From NCBI GenBank assembly GCA_963804385.1, contig CAWDQD010000009.1, positions 80,831 through 144,830 of the forward strand: 64,000 nt of DNA. Reading direction: 5' to 3'. The stretch is from an uncultured Candidatus Micrarchaeota archaeon (GTDB lineage: Archaea > Micrarchaeota > Micrarchaeia > Anstonellales > Bilamarchaeaceae). Below, in pieces: positions 1 to 8,835 of this stretch (position 1 is the first letter of the stretch; every line of letters begins with the position of its first letter). The translations under genes were made by a program, and so were the position numbers. The notes beneath the pieces are model-generated. The model worked only from the letters and a program-made list of their open reading frames with translations. It was not told the origin of the DNA and did not search any database.

Positions 1-9
1 TTGGACTGA

Positions 10-648
10 TTATTGCTCCAGAAGCCCCCCGTGTATCTTCTTCAATATCCCTGCTGCCGGATACCAGATGAAAAGGTAGCATACCGGTATCATGATCAGG
101 CCTTGCAGCAAGCCATAGTTCATGGTGATCTTGGGGTATGTCATGGTTTCCGGAACGAACGTCAGGTTTCCTGTGAATCTCGGATCCTTGAGGGGTAAGA
201 CCATGTTCACGTACCATTTGTAATCATTGGACTTGTTGAAATCTATTGATGTGCAATTGGTGGAATCTGGTGCGACCAGGATAGTCATGTTGTTGAATTC
301 AACAGTCCACGTGAATTCAGGGTCGTATTTGGTCCCATCCGAGAGCATGAGGTAGCTGTCATTATCCTGGAAGCATAGCTGGGGGCTGCTATGAGAGACC
401 ATCGGAGGGAAATCCAGATAGTCCGCGAGAGGGAATATAGCGTTAACTTTCTGCGGTATCAGCATATCGCTGGTCGGGTGGGTGAATGAGTATACTATCA
501 CATCCGCGTTGCTGCTTTCCTGTGGGCTACTCAGGGCTTGCCCATCCATATCTTGCGTGTGAGGGAATACTATGGTGCCTAAGATGAAGGGGATGAAGAT
601 GAGCAGTACCGCCCTTGCGCATAATTTCGCCAGCTCCTTGGTAGTCAT
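10..648 (-). CDS. Hypothetical membrane protein (N- and C-terminal hydrophobic helices around an extracellular domain)
   Basis: 212 aa ORF starting 5 bp after the cdc6 stop; hydrophobic segments at both ends and N-x-S/T sequons in between. Confidence 0.7.
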   Translation of the reverse strand: MTTKELAKLCARAVLLIFIPFILGTIVFPHTQDMDGQALSSPQESSNADVIVYSFTHPTSDMLIPQKVNAIFPLADYLDFPPMVSHSSPQLCFQDNDSYLMLSDGTKYDPEFTWTVEFNNMTILVAPDSTNCTSIDFNKSNDYKWYVNMVLPLKDPRFTGNLTFVPETMTYPKITMNYGLLQGLIMIPVCYLFIWYPAAGILKKIHGGLLEQ

Positions 649-653
649 AATTC

Positions 654-1850
654 TCAGTTCCCGAAAATGTTCTTCTTGAGGACAGTTATGACGTTCTCCG
701 GGTCCGGGCCTATCTTGATGAGCGTGGTCTGCCCCCGTATGCCCCTGCCGCTCGGTGTCGTGATTATCAAGCCGAGAGTCTCGAGGTCATTCAGGTACTC
801 TCGGTACCATCTCGCGCTCCTCGCGCGCTTGTGGGCCTTGTTGCACGCCCTCTCGTACTCCTCGTATACCTCGCCAGAGAATAGAAGGCCGGTATCTTCA
901 CCTTCCAGGCGGGAGTATTTGCTTCCGGATAGCGATAGGGTCGCGATCGCATAGAGCACGATCTGGTTCATCTCAGGCAGCGCGTTGATGGCTTCGACCG
1001 TCAGGTCCATCTCGACTTTCTTGCGCGCTGATTCGACCTCCTCGTCGCTTATCCTGCCCAGGCCTTTCTGCTGCGCTATCTCGCCTGCTTTGTGCAGTAA
1101 GGTGAGCGCATATCTTGCGTCCCCGCTCTCCTGGGACGTGATGGCGGCCGCGAGATTGATAGCGGACTGGTCCACGACGTCCTTCTCGAATCCCTCTTTA
1201 GCCCTCTGCTCGAGTATCCTCTGGAGCTGCTCTGATTGGTAGGAATGGAAGATTATCTCGCTCTCATAAAGGCTGCTCCTGGTCCTAGTCTCCAGCGAAT
1301 CCTTGAAAGATATCCTATTCGAGATACCGACCAAGGAGACCCCGCCCCGTTTTATCTCATCGTTCGAACGCGTGAGGGTGTATACTAGGTCATCAAGGTC
1401 CTTCACCACATCTATCTCATCAAGGATTATGGTCATCTGCTCCCCATTCGAGACTATCTCTAGGAGCTTCTCATAAAGGAACGGCAGGCCGAACCCTGCT
1501 TTCTCCAACTCCGGGATGTATTCTTTCAGCACCTTCTGGAGTATCCGGTACCGTGAAGCGTATATCCTGCAATTGATGTAATACATCGTGGCCTTGTTCT
1601 CCTTCTTCTTCGCGGTCTCGATGAAATCCTCCATCACGCGCTTCATGGTGCATGTCTTTCCCGTGCCGCTCGGTCCGTATATTATCAGGTTCCTAGGCTT
1701 CTGGCCTTTCAGGGCAGGGGAAAGGACGGACATTATCTCATGCAGCTGGTGTTCCCGGAAAGGAAGCTCCTTCGGGACATAATGCGGAGAGAGCACAGAC
1801 ACATCACGGAAGATGGATTTCTGTGAGAGTATCTGATCAAAAGAAGCCAT
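654..1850 (-). CDS. cdc6: Orc1/Cdc6 replication initiator
   Basis: LSPHYVPKELPFRE N-terminus, Walker A GPSGTGKT, Walker B ILDEID, GDARYAL sensor motif, C-terminal winged helix (GRGIRGQT). ATG at 1850 lies about 25 bp below a TATA-like box. Confidence 0.95.
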   Translation of the reverse strand: MASFDQILSQKSIFRDVSVLSPHYVPKELPFREHQLHEIMSVLSPALKGQKPRNLIIYGPSGTGKTCTMKRVMEDFIETAKKKENKATMYYINCRIYASRYRILQKVLKEYIPELEKAGFGLPFLYEKLLEIVSNGEQMTIILDEIDVVKDLDDLVYTLTRSNDEIKRGGVSLVGISNRISFKDSLETRTRSSLYESEIIFHSYQSEQLQRILEQRAKEGFEKDVVDQSAINLAAAITSQESGDARYALTLLHKAGEIAQQKGLGRISDEEVESARKKVEMDLTVEAINALPEMNQIVLYAIATLSLSGSKYSRLEGEDTGLLFSGEVYEEYERACNKAHKRARSARWYREYLNDLETLGLIITTPSGRGIRGQTTLIKIGPDPENVITVLKKNIFGN

Positions 1851-1991
1851 GCAATGCTTTCTCCGCAAAGGTTTATATTGAATAGTGGAAGTGCGCCTCT
1901 TCCGAGGTGTAATCGACGTAACCGATTTTGCGTAAGTTTTAATATTTTCCCATATACAGTGTTGTCCATATTTTATTTCGGAGGCGAATCT

Positions 1992-2414
1992 ATGATTGTC
2001 GGTGAAAGGATACTAGAAGTCAGCGGAACCAAAGCCTTGAATGCCAATATCAGCGGCTTGAGCATCAATATCTCGCTCGAAGACGTGGCGAAGGCAGCGG
2101 ATGGCAATCTCGAGATAACCTACGCCTACAACGTCAATTACGAAACCGGCGTCGGGACCATGAAGATCAAGGGCGTGCTTATCGCGAAAGAAGACGATGG
2201 CCTTTTGAAGAGCGTCCTGGACACATGGAAATCGAACAAGAAGCTGCCTGATGAATACGCGACGATGATACTCAGCGCGGTGAATTACAGCGGCAGCGCG
2301 AACGGCACACTGGTCGCCCGCGTTCTCGGCCTCACAGCCCCGCTCATACCGCCACGCATCCAGCTTCCTAAATCGGCTCCTGCCCCGGCTCCGTCCGGAA
2401 AGGGCAGGAAATAA
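1992..2414 (+). CDS. Conserved hypothetical archaeal protein between cdc6 and primase
   Basis: GGAGG SD at 1980-1984 before ATG 1992; beta-rich N-terminus and a L..PLIPPRI C-terminus resembling proteins recalled from archaeal replication clusters. Confidence 0.75.
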   Translation: MIVGERILEVSGTKALNANISGLSINISLEDVAKAADGNLEITYAYNVNYETGVGTMKIKGVLIAKEDDGLLKSVLDTWKSNKKLPDEYATMILSAVNYSGSANGTLVARVLGLTAPLIPPRIQLPKSAPAPAPSGKGRK

Positions 2415-2418
2415 TTTT

Positions 2419-3519
2419 TTATCTTTTAATTATAGTCGCGCTTCCTTTGAGCACATAAAAAGCAGCCACGGCAAGGTTCAGCCTCTTCTCCTCGTCTTTC
2501 TTGAATGGTCCTGTCGCCTCACCACGCAATGGGAGCTCGGGTACATCCTCGAGGAACCTCACCTTTAGCTCCTGACTTGAGGGCATGAGCGCATCGCGCA
2601 ACGGCTCGAATTTTTCCAGTTCGGCGCCATCGAAAACCTTCGCGATGAGGCCGGTATCCCCGTGGATGGAGTTCGGCACACGTATCAGCTTGCTCAGGTC
2701 CTGCGTCACTCCGGCGTCCGTATCCACGGAAGCGACCGGAAGCTCCTTCGCTATCGGCGCGAGCCTTTCTATGAGCTCCGCGTTCTTCTTGACCGGAGAT
2801 GTGCTCCAGTTCCCTTCCATGATGCCTTTCACGAACACGTCCCGCGCCTTATCCTGCTTGAGGCTCCTATGTATGGAAGCCGGATCGCTTTCCAGCGCCT
2901 TGAGCGTCATGTTCGCGAACCTCCCCCGGTACCCTCCTTCATCCGGTTTCGGTCCGTGCAGCTTCGCGATCTTATCCCCGCTTTCTGAGAAGAAATCCCG
3001 GTAGTTTAGGCCGTTCCCCATGATGTAATCGACGAGCTCTCGTCTCTCCTCGCCCCCAAGGATCCTGAAATCGGCATCCCGCACGTGGACGTGATAGCCC
3101 CTGTTGCCCGAGAATGCGAGCGTCACGTCCTTGCATCCGAAATCTCCTTTGATGAAGTCCGTGACGAGGCGCGAGAGGTCTGATTTGACCTTGTCCAGCA
3201 GCATGTACGCGCCATATTTGCCTTCTGCGTGCAGGTCGAGGTCGAAGACCAGGTCCGCCCCCTTCCATATCTTCTTCTCCATGGGGGTAGCGGCCGGATG
3301 CTCGTAATACGATATGGAATGAGATACGAAGAAGGGGGTGTTGTTCATGAGATAATTGCGCAGCTCGGAGGGGTGCGCGAACGCGAGGTGCCTCGACTCG
3401 ATCTTCCTGCTGAAACCGACTCCGAACTCGCGCTGCTCGATCCCCACGACCTCGAGATCAGCTTGGCTGTAGTAAGAGGAAAAGATCTTCGTCATGAGGG
3501 CGCGGTCGCTTTCGTTCAT
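2419..3519 (-). CDS. priS: DNA primase small (catalytic) subunit
   Basis: QREFG, DLVFDLD, FSGNRGYHVH and D..VT.DLSKLIRVPNSIHG motifs; ATG at 3519 overlaps the priL stop (ATGA). Confidence 0.95.
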   Translation of the reverse strand: MNESDRALMTKIFSSYYSQADLEVVGIEQREFGVGFSRKIESRHLAFAHPSELRNYLMNNTPFFVSHSISYYEHPAATPMEKKIWKGADLVFDLDLHAEGKYGAYMLLDKVKSDLSRLVTDFIKGDFGCKDVTLAFSGNRGYHVHVRDADFRILGGEERRELVDYIMGNGLNYRDFFSESGDKIAKLHGPKPDEGGYRGRFANMTLKALESDPASIHRSLKQDKARDVFVKGIMEGNWSTSPVKKNAELIERLAPIAKELPVASVDTDAGVTQDLSKLIRVPNSIHGDTGLIAKVFDGAELEKFEPLRDALMPSSQELKVRFLEDVPELPLRGEATGPFKKDEEKRLNLAVAAFYVLKGSATIIKR

Positions 3520-4511
3520 TGGGTCGCCTCCTTTTCCATAGAACCGATCATCTGCTGCTTGATGAATGATTTGCGCTCCTTGCCCAGCGTATGCCAGTTG
3601 AGAGGGCTCCCGATCCTGCAGACTGCGCAGCAAAGTCCATAAGTCAGCGTCGTGGCGCATGACGGCACGCTGTATGCCCTCTTCCTTATCTGAGTAACCT
3701 GGTATCTGGTGATCTTCTCCTTGAAATCCGGAGCGTCCGAGAAAAGCTGCACTATGTCCTCATCGTTCATGCCTATGGCCATGAGGTACGTTGCAAGGAA
3801 ATACCTGGCCTGGTGCGGCAGGTTCTCGTGCTTCCTCATGCTTTCCATGAGCCTTTCCACGCATGGCGGGTGGTCCTCAACTTTCGCCCCGCTGGCGAGC
3901 TTGCCAGATCCAGCCTGCGTCTTGGGGAGGCTCTCCAGGAGCTTCTCGGCCGCCTGCTTTATCAATTCCGGCGGGTCTTTCACGAGCGGTATCTTCTCCA
4001 CATGCTTGCGTACCGCCTCCTCGACGAGCCTCTTCTTCTCATGGTACGTTATCTCCACCATGCCGCTCATGAGCCGCCTGTTCGTTATGCGGTAATCCAC
4101 GGAACGGGGGCTGTATCTGAGGTATGCCGGAAGCGTGATGAGCATGCGCCCTTCTTTACCGGGGTTCGTCAGGATGCCGAAGATCCTTGCGACCGCGTCG
4201 ACTTCCTTCTCGTCAGCCCGGTCCAGCCAGTTATGGGCGATCTTCGCTTCGTTCACAGCGAATCTGCTGGTGAGGAATGTGTTGCGGAGGAAACCGAGCA
4301 TCATGCGGGCCGCGGCGAATGAGGCGATGCTCTCTTCCTTGTCGGACCCGCGGAATGAGACCGATGCGCGCATGTCGCCTTCAAGCGCCCTTTTTATCCG
4401 CTCGACTCCGCGGTCTGCGATGCTTTCCGTGAGGCTGATGTTGGCAATCGCTTTCCTGGCTTCGTCAGTGAAAGGGTATTTGACGGCAAAGTCCAGCTCG
4501 TTATCATCCAT
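3516..4511 (-). CDS. priL: DNA primase large subunit
   Basis: KYPF N-terminus, PPC, NLPHQARYFLATYL, APDFKEKITRYQV and PSC..CC..C Fe-S ligands; coupled to priS. Confidence 0.93.
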   Translation of the reverse strand: MDDNELDFAVKYPFTDEARKAIANISLTESIADRGVERIKRALEGDMRASVSFRGSDKEESIASFAAARMMLGFLRNTFLTSRFAVNEAKIAHNWLDRADEKEVDAVARIFGILTNPGKEGRMLITLPAYLRYSPRSVDYRITNRRLMSGMVEITYHEKKRLVEEAVRKHVEKIPLVKDPPELIKQAAEKLLESLPKTQAGSGKLASGAKVEDHPPCVERLMESMRKHENLPHQARYFLATYLMAIGMNDEDIVQLFSDAPDFKEKITRYQVTQIRKRAYSVPSCATTLTYGLCCAVCRIGSPLNWHTLGKERKSFIKQQMIGSMEKEATQ

Positions 4512-4542
4512 GGATGTTCTTCGCAGCCATCATCTAAAAAAC

Positions 4543-5067
4543 CTATGAGCGGGCCTTCTTTTTCGTGGTGAGCGGCTTTTTCTGCTTAGATGCCACGAAT
4601 CTGAAAAGCGCATACCCCAAGTCGAACGCGATGACAGCCAGGAAATAACCGTACTGGCCAACGAGCGCGAAAGCGAGAGCCGCTAATTTGAGGAACGGCC
4701 TCCACTCCGTGAGCGGCCGGAGGTTCCCAACGTAATCTATCTCATCTAGGAACGCAGCTACCAGGAATATGATGAATACCGGGATGTCTATGGAGGGGAT
4801 GCCCAAGGCGAGGACCGTGAGCATGGCCGCTGCCAAGCCTACGCGGTGCGCAGCCGTGTCGACCTTGGTCGCGAACACCTGGGCTGTGACTGCGGCTAGG
4901 AAAAGCACAGAGAATGGAGATACCGATATGAGGTATCCTATGAGAACCCCGTAGAGCACCGCAAGCGGAAACTTCGCCGGGTGCTTCCCGGGCTGGTCGT
5001 CATCCATCCAGTCCACTGCCTTCACGATGACGCCCGCGCAGAACGCGAGCAACAGGAGTTCTAGCAT
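4543..5067 (-). CDS. Hypothetical integral membrane protein
   Basis: 174 aa with several hydrophobic helices and conserved-looking K.VD..DD, KVD..H and DE motifs. Confidence 0.75.
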   Translation of the reverse strand: MLELLLLAFCAGVIVKAVDWMDDDQPGKHPAKFPLAVLYGVLIGYLISVSPFSVLFLAAVTAQVFATKVDTAAHRVGLAAAMLTVLALGIPSIDIPVFIIFLVAAFLDEIDYVGNLRPLTEWRPFLKLAALAFALVGQYGYFLAVIAFDLGYALFRFVASKQKKPLTTKKKARS

Positions 5068-5148
5068 GGCAATAATCCTCCAGCGCGATTTTTAAATGGC
5101 GAGCCGGCACACCATAAAACCTATATTACTGCGTATCTATACCTAGAC

Positions 5149-5916
5149 ATGAAAACAACACCAAAGGTTCGGCTTGGTGTGCCCGGTCTTGATCCTCTTC
5201 TCGGTGGGGGCGTGCCCAAAGGCACGGTCCTGCTCCTCCCCGGCTGCGTCGGAAGCGGAAAGACCATCTTCTCATTGCAGTTCATCGCAGAGGGCGCGAG
5301 GAAGTACCATGAGCGCGGATTGTACGTGTCATTCGAAGAATCAGAGGGCAAGCTGATCGAGCAGGCCGGCCTTTTCGGATGGAACTTCAAAGCGCTCGAG
5401 AAAAAGAAGATGGCGCGTATCATGCTCTTGCCCGCCCTGACCATGGGCGAGATGCTTTCTGACCTGGACAAAGCCATACGCACCTTCAAACCCCAGAGGC
5501 TCGTTATCGATTCGTTCACGTTCATGAGCCTCGCCGCGCATACGCGCAACCGGGTCGTGGATATAGACAAGATCCCGGTCGACGAGCTTCTCTATGGGGA
5601 CCCCAAAGGAGCGGTCGCCTCGGCTCCATCAGACTGGAACACCATGGTAGTGAAGAAGATGGTCACGGACCTCGTCCTCATGCTCCAGCAGAAGAACATA
5701 ACGACCATTTTGACATCCGAGGTGTCGAAGAACAGCGATTGGTACAGCCGCGATACCGTGAGCGAGTTCGCGTGCGATGGTGTCATCCTCCTCCGTTCCA
5801 CCCCGATAGGATCCGAGCTCCACCGCTCCATCGAGATCGTGAAGATGAGGAACGCGAAGATAAAGGGCGGCATATACAGCTTCGATTTCGCAAAGAACGG
5901 TATTGTGATACAGTAA
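5149..5916 (+). CDS. Single-domain KaiC-like (RecA-superfamily) ATPase
   Basis: GVPGLD..LGGGVP, Walker A GCVGSGKT, VSFEES, RLVIDS, KMR finger. Confidence 0.9.
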   Translation: MKTTPKVRLGVPGLDPLLGGGVPKGTVLLLPGCVGSGKTIFSLQFIAEGARKYHERGLYVSFEESEGKLIEQAGLFGWNFKALEKKKMARIMLLPALTMGEMLSDLDKAIRTFKPQRLVIDSFTFMSLAAHTRNRVVDIDKIPVDELLYGDPKGAVASAPSDWNTMVVKKMVTDLVLMLQQKNITTILTSEVSKNSDWYSRDTVSEFACDGVILLRSTPIGSELHRSIEIVKMRNAKIKGGIYSFDFAKNGIVIQ

Positions 5917-6792
5917 TCATCTGATGAGCCCTAAGAAGAACATCGCGAAGAGGCTCAGCCTCGCGATAATGTGCATCGAGAACGAGAGGTAGTAAAACCT
6001 TTGGTAATCGGAATTTTTCCACACCTCCAGGAATATGGCTGCGGTTCCGAAGAGCATCACTATCCCAAGGATGAGGATGTATGCCGGCAGCACTCCGGAG
6101 GATCCGAGCGCGATGAACGCGGAAAATACCGCTGCGTATCCGATCCAGTTGACCTCCAATGCCCTTTTAGTCCCGAGCAGGACTGGGAGAGTTATGGCAT
6201 TGTGCAACTTGTCTCCTTCCACATCGAAATAATCCTTGGCATTGATGGCAATCACGTCATAAGCGAATAGGAGCGTGAGGAGCGGAAAGGGGGCCGCGGT
6301 GAGCGGCTTGAATATGACCCACCCTATCAGGAAATTGACGAAATTGTAGCATATCGCAATCGAGATATTACTCAGAAGGAACCTGTCCTTGAACCTGATC
6401 GGCCGAACGCTGTATCCCACTCCAATAATGAGATATATGGATATCAAGAAGAGGGTCGATACCGAGACGACTGCTGCCGCAAGCAACGATATGGCATATA
6501 GGCTGATTGTGATGATGATAGCTGTCCTCTTGCTAATCTTCCCGCTGGGAAGCGGGCGGTGCGGTTTGTTTATTCGGTCTATCTCTATGTCAGCTATTTG
6601 ATTGAGCAGGTTCACTCCTAAGAGGGAGCAGAACACCGCTACGAACGCGGAAAGGATTGCGATGGAAAATGGAGGAATCGAGCCGAAGGCAAGCAACGCG
6701 CCCAAGAGGAAGCTGAGGGCATTCGCTACCTGGTCTTCGATTTTGAACATATCATGCGCTAACATGATCCTGTCTTCAATCCAACTGGACAT
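5917..6792 (-). CDS. UbiA-superfamily prenyltransferase (DGGGP/chlorophyll synthase-like)
   Basis: NQIADIEIDRINKPHRPLPSG and KDYFDVEGD Asp-rich motifs plus multiple TM helices; start uncertain (6765-6825). Confidence 0.88.
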   Translation of the reverse strand: MSSWIEDRIMLAHDMFKIEDQVANALSFLLGALLAFGSIPPFSIAILSAFVAVFCSLLGVNLLNQIADIEIDRINKPHRPLPSGKISKRTAIIITISLYAISLLAAAVVSVSTLFLISIYLIIGVGYSVRPIRFKDRFLLSNISIAICYNFVNFLIGWVIFKPLTAAPFPLLTLLFAYDVIAINAKDYFDVEGDKLHNAITLPVLLGTKRALEVNWIGYAAVFSAFIALGSSGVLPAYILILGIVMLFGTAAIFLEVWKNSDYQRFYYLSFSMHIIARLSLFAMFFLGLIR

Positions 6793-7900
6793 GGAATCCA
6801 TTTTCTGTCTCTGTCTTCGAGACATTAGTCAGATTGATGTCTTTTCCACAAACGCCGCTTAGCAAGCCAGAAGTGAATCCGGATACCATTGTGAATTTGC
6901 AATCCTTGGAGAACGCAGCCCAAGGGAAATGGAAGAACACGACTTTGTAAGCGTCTTTCACTGAAAGGATTTGCACGTCTCCAAATCCCATTCCGCTCAG
7001 TAATCTCTGCGCGAAAACTGCTTCCTTGCCAGCTCCTATCTCCTTACCGACCGAAAACGCGGTCTCGAAAAGAATTCTGCTGGTTTTCGCGTTATTGGAG
7101 AAACCCTCGTCTATCATGTAATGCATGCTGGACTCTATCCCTACCATCCGTTTGTCTCCGAGGAACATCTGCCCGCGCTGGTATCGGAATACACCGCTTT
7201 CGATTAGCGTTATCATTGAATCGTTTCCATTAGTGGTAGGATAGACCGCATTGAGTGCGCCGTACTTCTCCATATCTTCATCCAACCCGTTCATGTCTGA
7301 TTCTGTCAGAGGCTTGAGCTTCATCTTCTTCAGCTGGGCTGGCGGTGCGCAGACCAGCCGACATCTCTTGTCGCCCCGACCCTGGCAGGCAATCTGGATT
7401 CCGTCAATGGGTTTGCCCACTATGAACGACCACCCCCCGGTCCAGGGGCCTATCAAGAGAAGATACCCCAAACCGTTCTTAGCGCAGCAGACATACGAGT
7501 CGGCTTCCACTTCGAGGAGCCTGCTCTTGTACTCTATCTTGTGCTTCAGCTGCTTCGCATAGATCACTTCGATGTACCTAGTGAACATGTACATGAAATC
7601 ATTCAGCTTCTTCTCTCCTATATCATCCGCTTTGGGGTAGCGGGACAGTCCGGCGTATCTGAAGCCGAATCTCTTGCCGATGGAATAGATCAGCTTCTCT
7701 CCGTTGGGTCCAAGCTCCTTGACAGTCCTAGTCTCGAGTTCTGCGTAGAAGATCTCAGGGAAGAAGAACTCGCGGAGGGTTATCGTCTTCCCCTGATCAG
7801 TGAACTTGCTCAGGATATAACCTGGGTTGCGCATATCCTCTGCGTTCGGAAGGACGATGTTCTGTATGAACCAACTCGTCACACTGTCCTGTATAGCCAT
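6776..7900 (-). CDS. Tandem V4R-like (V4R/TRAPP-Bet3 fold) domain protein
   Basis: CQGRGDKRCRL V4R C-terminal motif in the first half; second half has G...LGDKRM..., GMGFGD and GFTSGLLSG patterns typical of V4R; overlaps the UbiA start. Confidence 0.7.
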   Translation of the reverse strand: MAIQDSVTSWFIQNIVLPNAEDMRNPGYILSKFTDQGKTITLREFFFPEIFYAELETRTVKELGPNGEKLIYSIGKRFGFRYAGLSRYPKADDIGEKKLNDFMYMFTRYIEVIYAKQLKHKIEYKSRLLEVEADSYVCCAKNGLGYLLLIGPWTGGWSFIVGKPIDGIQIACQGRGDKRCRLVCAPPAQLKKMKLKPLTESDMNGLDEDMEKYGALNAVYPTTNGNDSMITLIESGVFRYQRGQMFLGDKRMVGIESSMHYMIDEGFSNNAKTSRILFETAFSVGKEIGAGKEAVFAQRLLSGMGFGDVQILSVKDAYKVVFFHFPWAAFSKDCKFTMVSGFTSGLLSGVCGKDINLTNVSKTETENGFHVQLD

Positions 7901-7919
7901 TTTTCCATCCCGATACTGA

Positions 7920-7941
7920 TGTAACGCTATTGTAACGTTAT
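7920..7941. promoter_or_regulatory. 11-bp direct repeat (TGTAACGcTAT / TGTAACGtTAT), operator-like, between the TATA box and the V4R gene start
   Basis: Two copies with one mismatch, one helical turn apart; AT-rich TATA tract at about 7948-7964. Confidence 0.5.
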
Positions 7942-8061
7942 CAACAGATATAATATTTATATAACTAACCACTCCAGACGCCGAATTCCATATCTCTGAT
8001 GCAGCGACTGTGACGTCGATTCAGCGGAACATATTAATAGCTTGAGAGGAAAGGAATTGGC

Positions 8062-8835
8062 ATGGCCAAGAAAAGCTCCCGTAAAGCTTCGGCGAAACCT
8101 GCCAAGAAACCTGCAGACGATCCGAGTTCGGAAAACCGCATCGTCCGGATTACCAGCGGCGTGCCTGGACTTGACCAGCTTATCGAAGGCGGCTATGTGA
8201 AGAACAGCTCCGTCCTGATAAGAGGCGACACCGGTGCGGCCAAGACCATCTTCTCCCTACAATATCTTTATCACGGAGCCAAATTCATGGACGAGCCGGG
8301 CGTTTACATAAGCTTCGCGGAATCCAAGGAAGCGACTTACAACCACGGCTGGAAATTCGGATGGGACTTCGAAGACCTCACCAAAAAGGGGATGTTCCAG
8401 GTCATCAGGTACGAGCCTCACGAGGTGGTCAAGATCATGGAGGAGGGGGGCGGCCTCATCCGGGACACGGTGGAATCGATCAGCGCGAAAAGGATAACGA
8501 TAGATTCGCTGACCGCATACGAGATGTTCTTCGAGAACCGCTACACAGCCAACCAGTCCGTGCTCAATCTTTTCGAGATGCTCAAGAAATGGGAGGTCAC
8601 CGCGCTGGTGACAGCCGAACTGCCGGTGAGCCTGAAACATGAATCGCGGGACCGCTTGGGTTTCCTCACTGAGGGGATAATAAACCTCTACCACGCCCGG
8701 CGCCGCGCGAGCCGTGTTAGAGCCCTAGAGGTAATCAAGATGAGGGATACTGATCACGACCAGGCGGTCAACCTATTCACCATAACCAAAAGCGGGCTCA
8801 AGGTTTTCCGGGGGTTGAAAGACCTTGACGAGTAA
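8062..8835 (+). CDS. Second single-domain KaiC-like ATPase, first gene of the pilus operon
   Basis: SGVPGLDQLIEGG, variant Walker A GDTGAAKT, ISFAES, ITIDS, KMR; its stop overlaps the adhesin start. Confidence 0.9.
   Translation: MAKKSSRKASAKPAKKPADDPSSENRIVRITSGVPGLDQLIEGGYVKNSSVLIRGDTGAAKTIFSLQYLYHGAKFMDEPGVYISFAESKEATYNHGWKFGWDFEDLTKKGMFQVIRYEPHEVVKIMEEGGGLIRDTVESISAKRITIDSLTAYEMFFENRYTANQSVLNLFEMLKKWEVTALVTAELPVSLKHESRDRLGFLTEGIINLYHARRRASRVRALEVIKMRDTDHDQAVNLFTITKSGLKVFRGLKDLDE

Noticed and set aside
1851-1991. Possible replication origin upstream of cdc6
   Set aside because: Only weak ORB-like fragments (agtggaag, ttccgagg), with no repeated ORBs or G-strings; a divergent promoter explains the region.
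3520-3660. N-terminal extension of PriS in the ORF track
   Set aside because: It overlaps the priL coding region; ATG 3519 gives a typical ATGA coupling.
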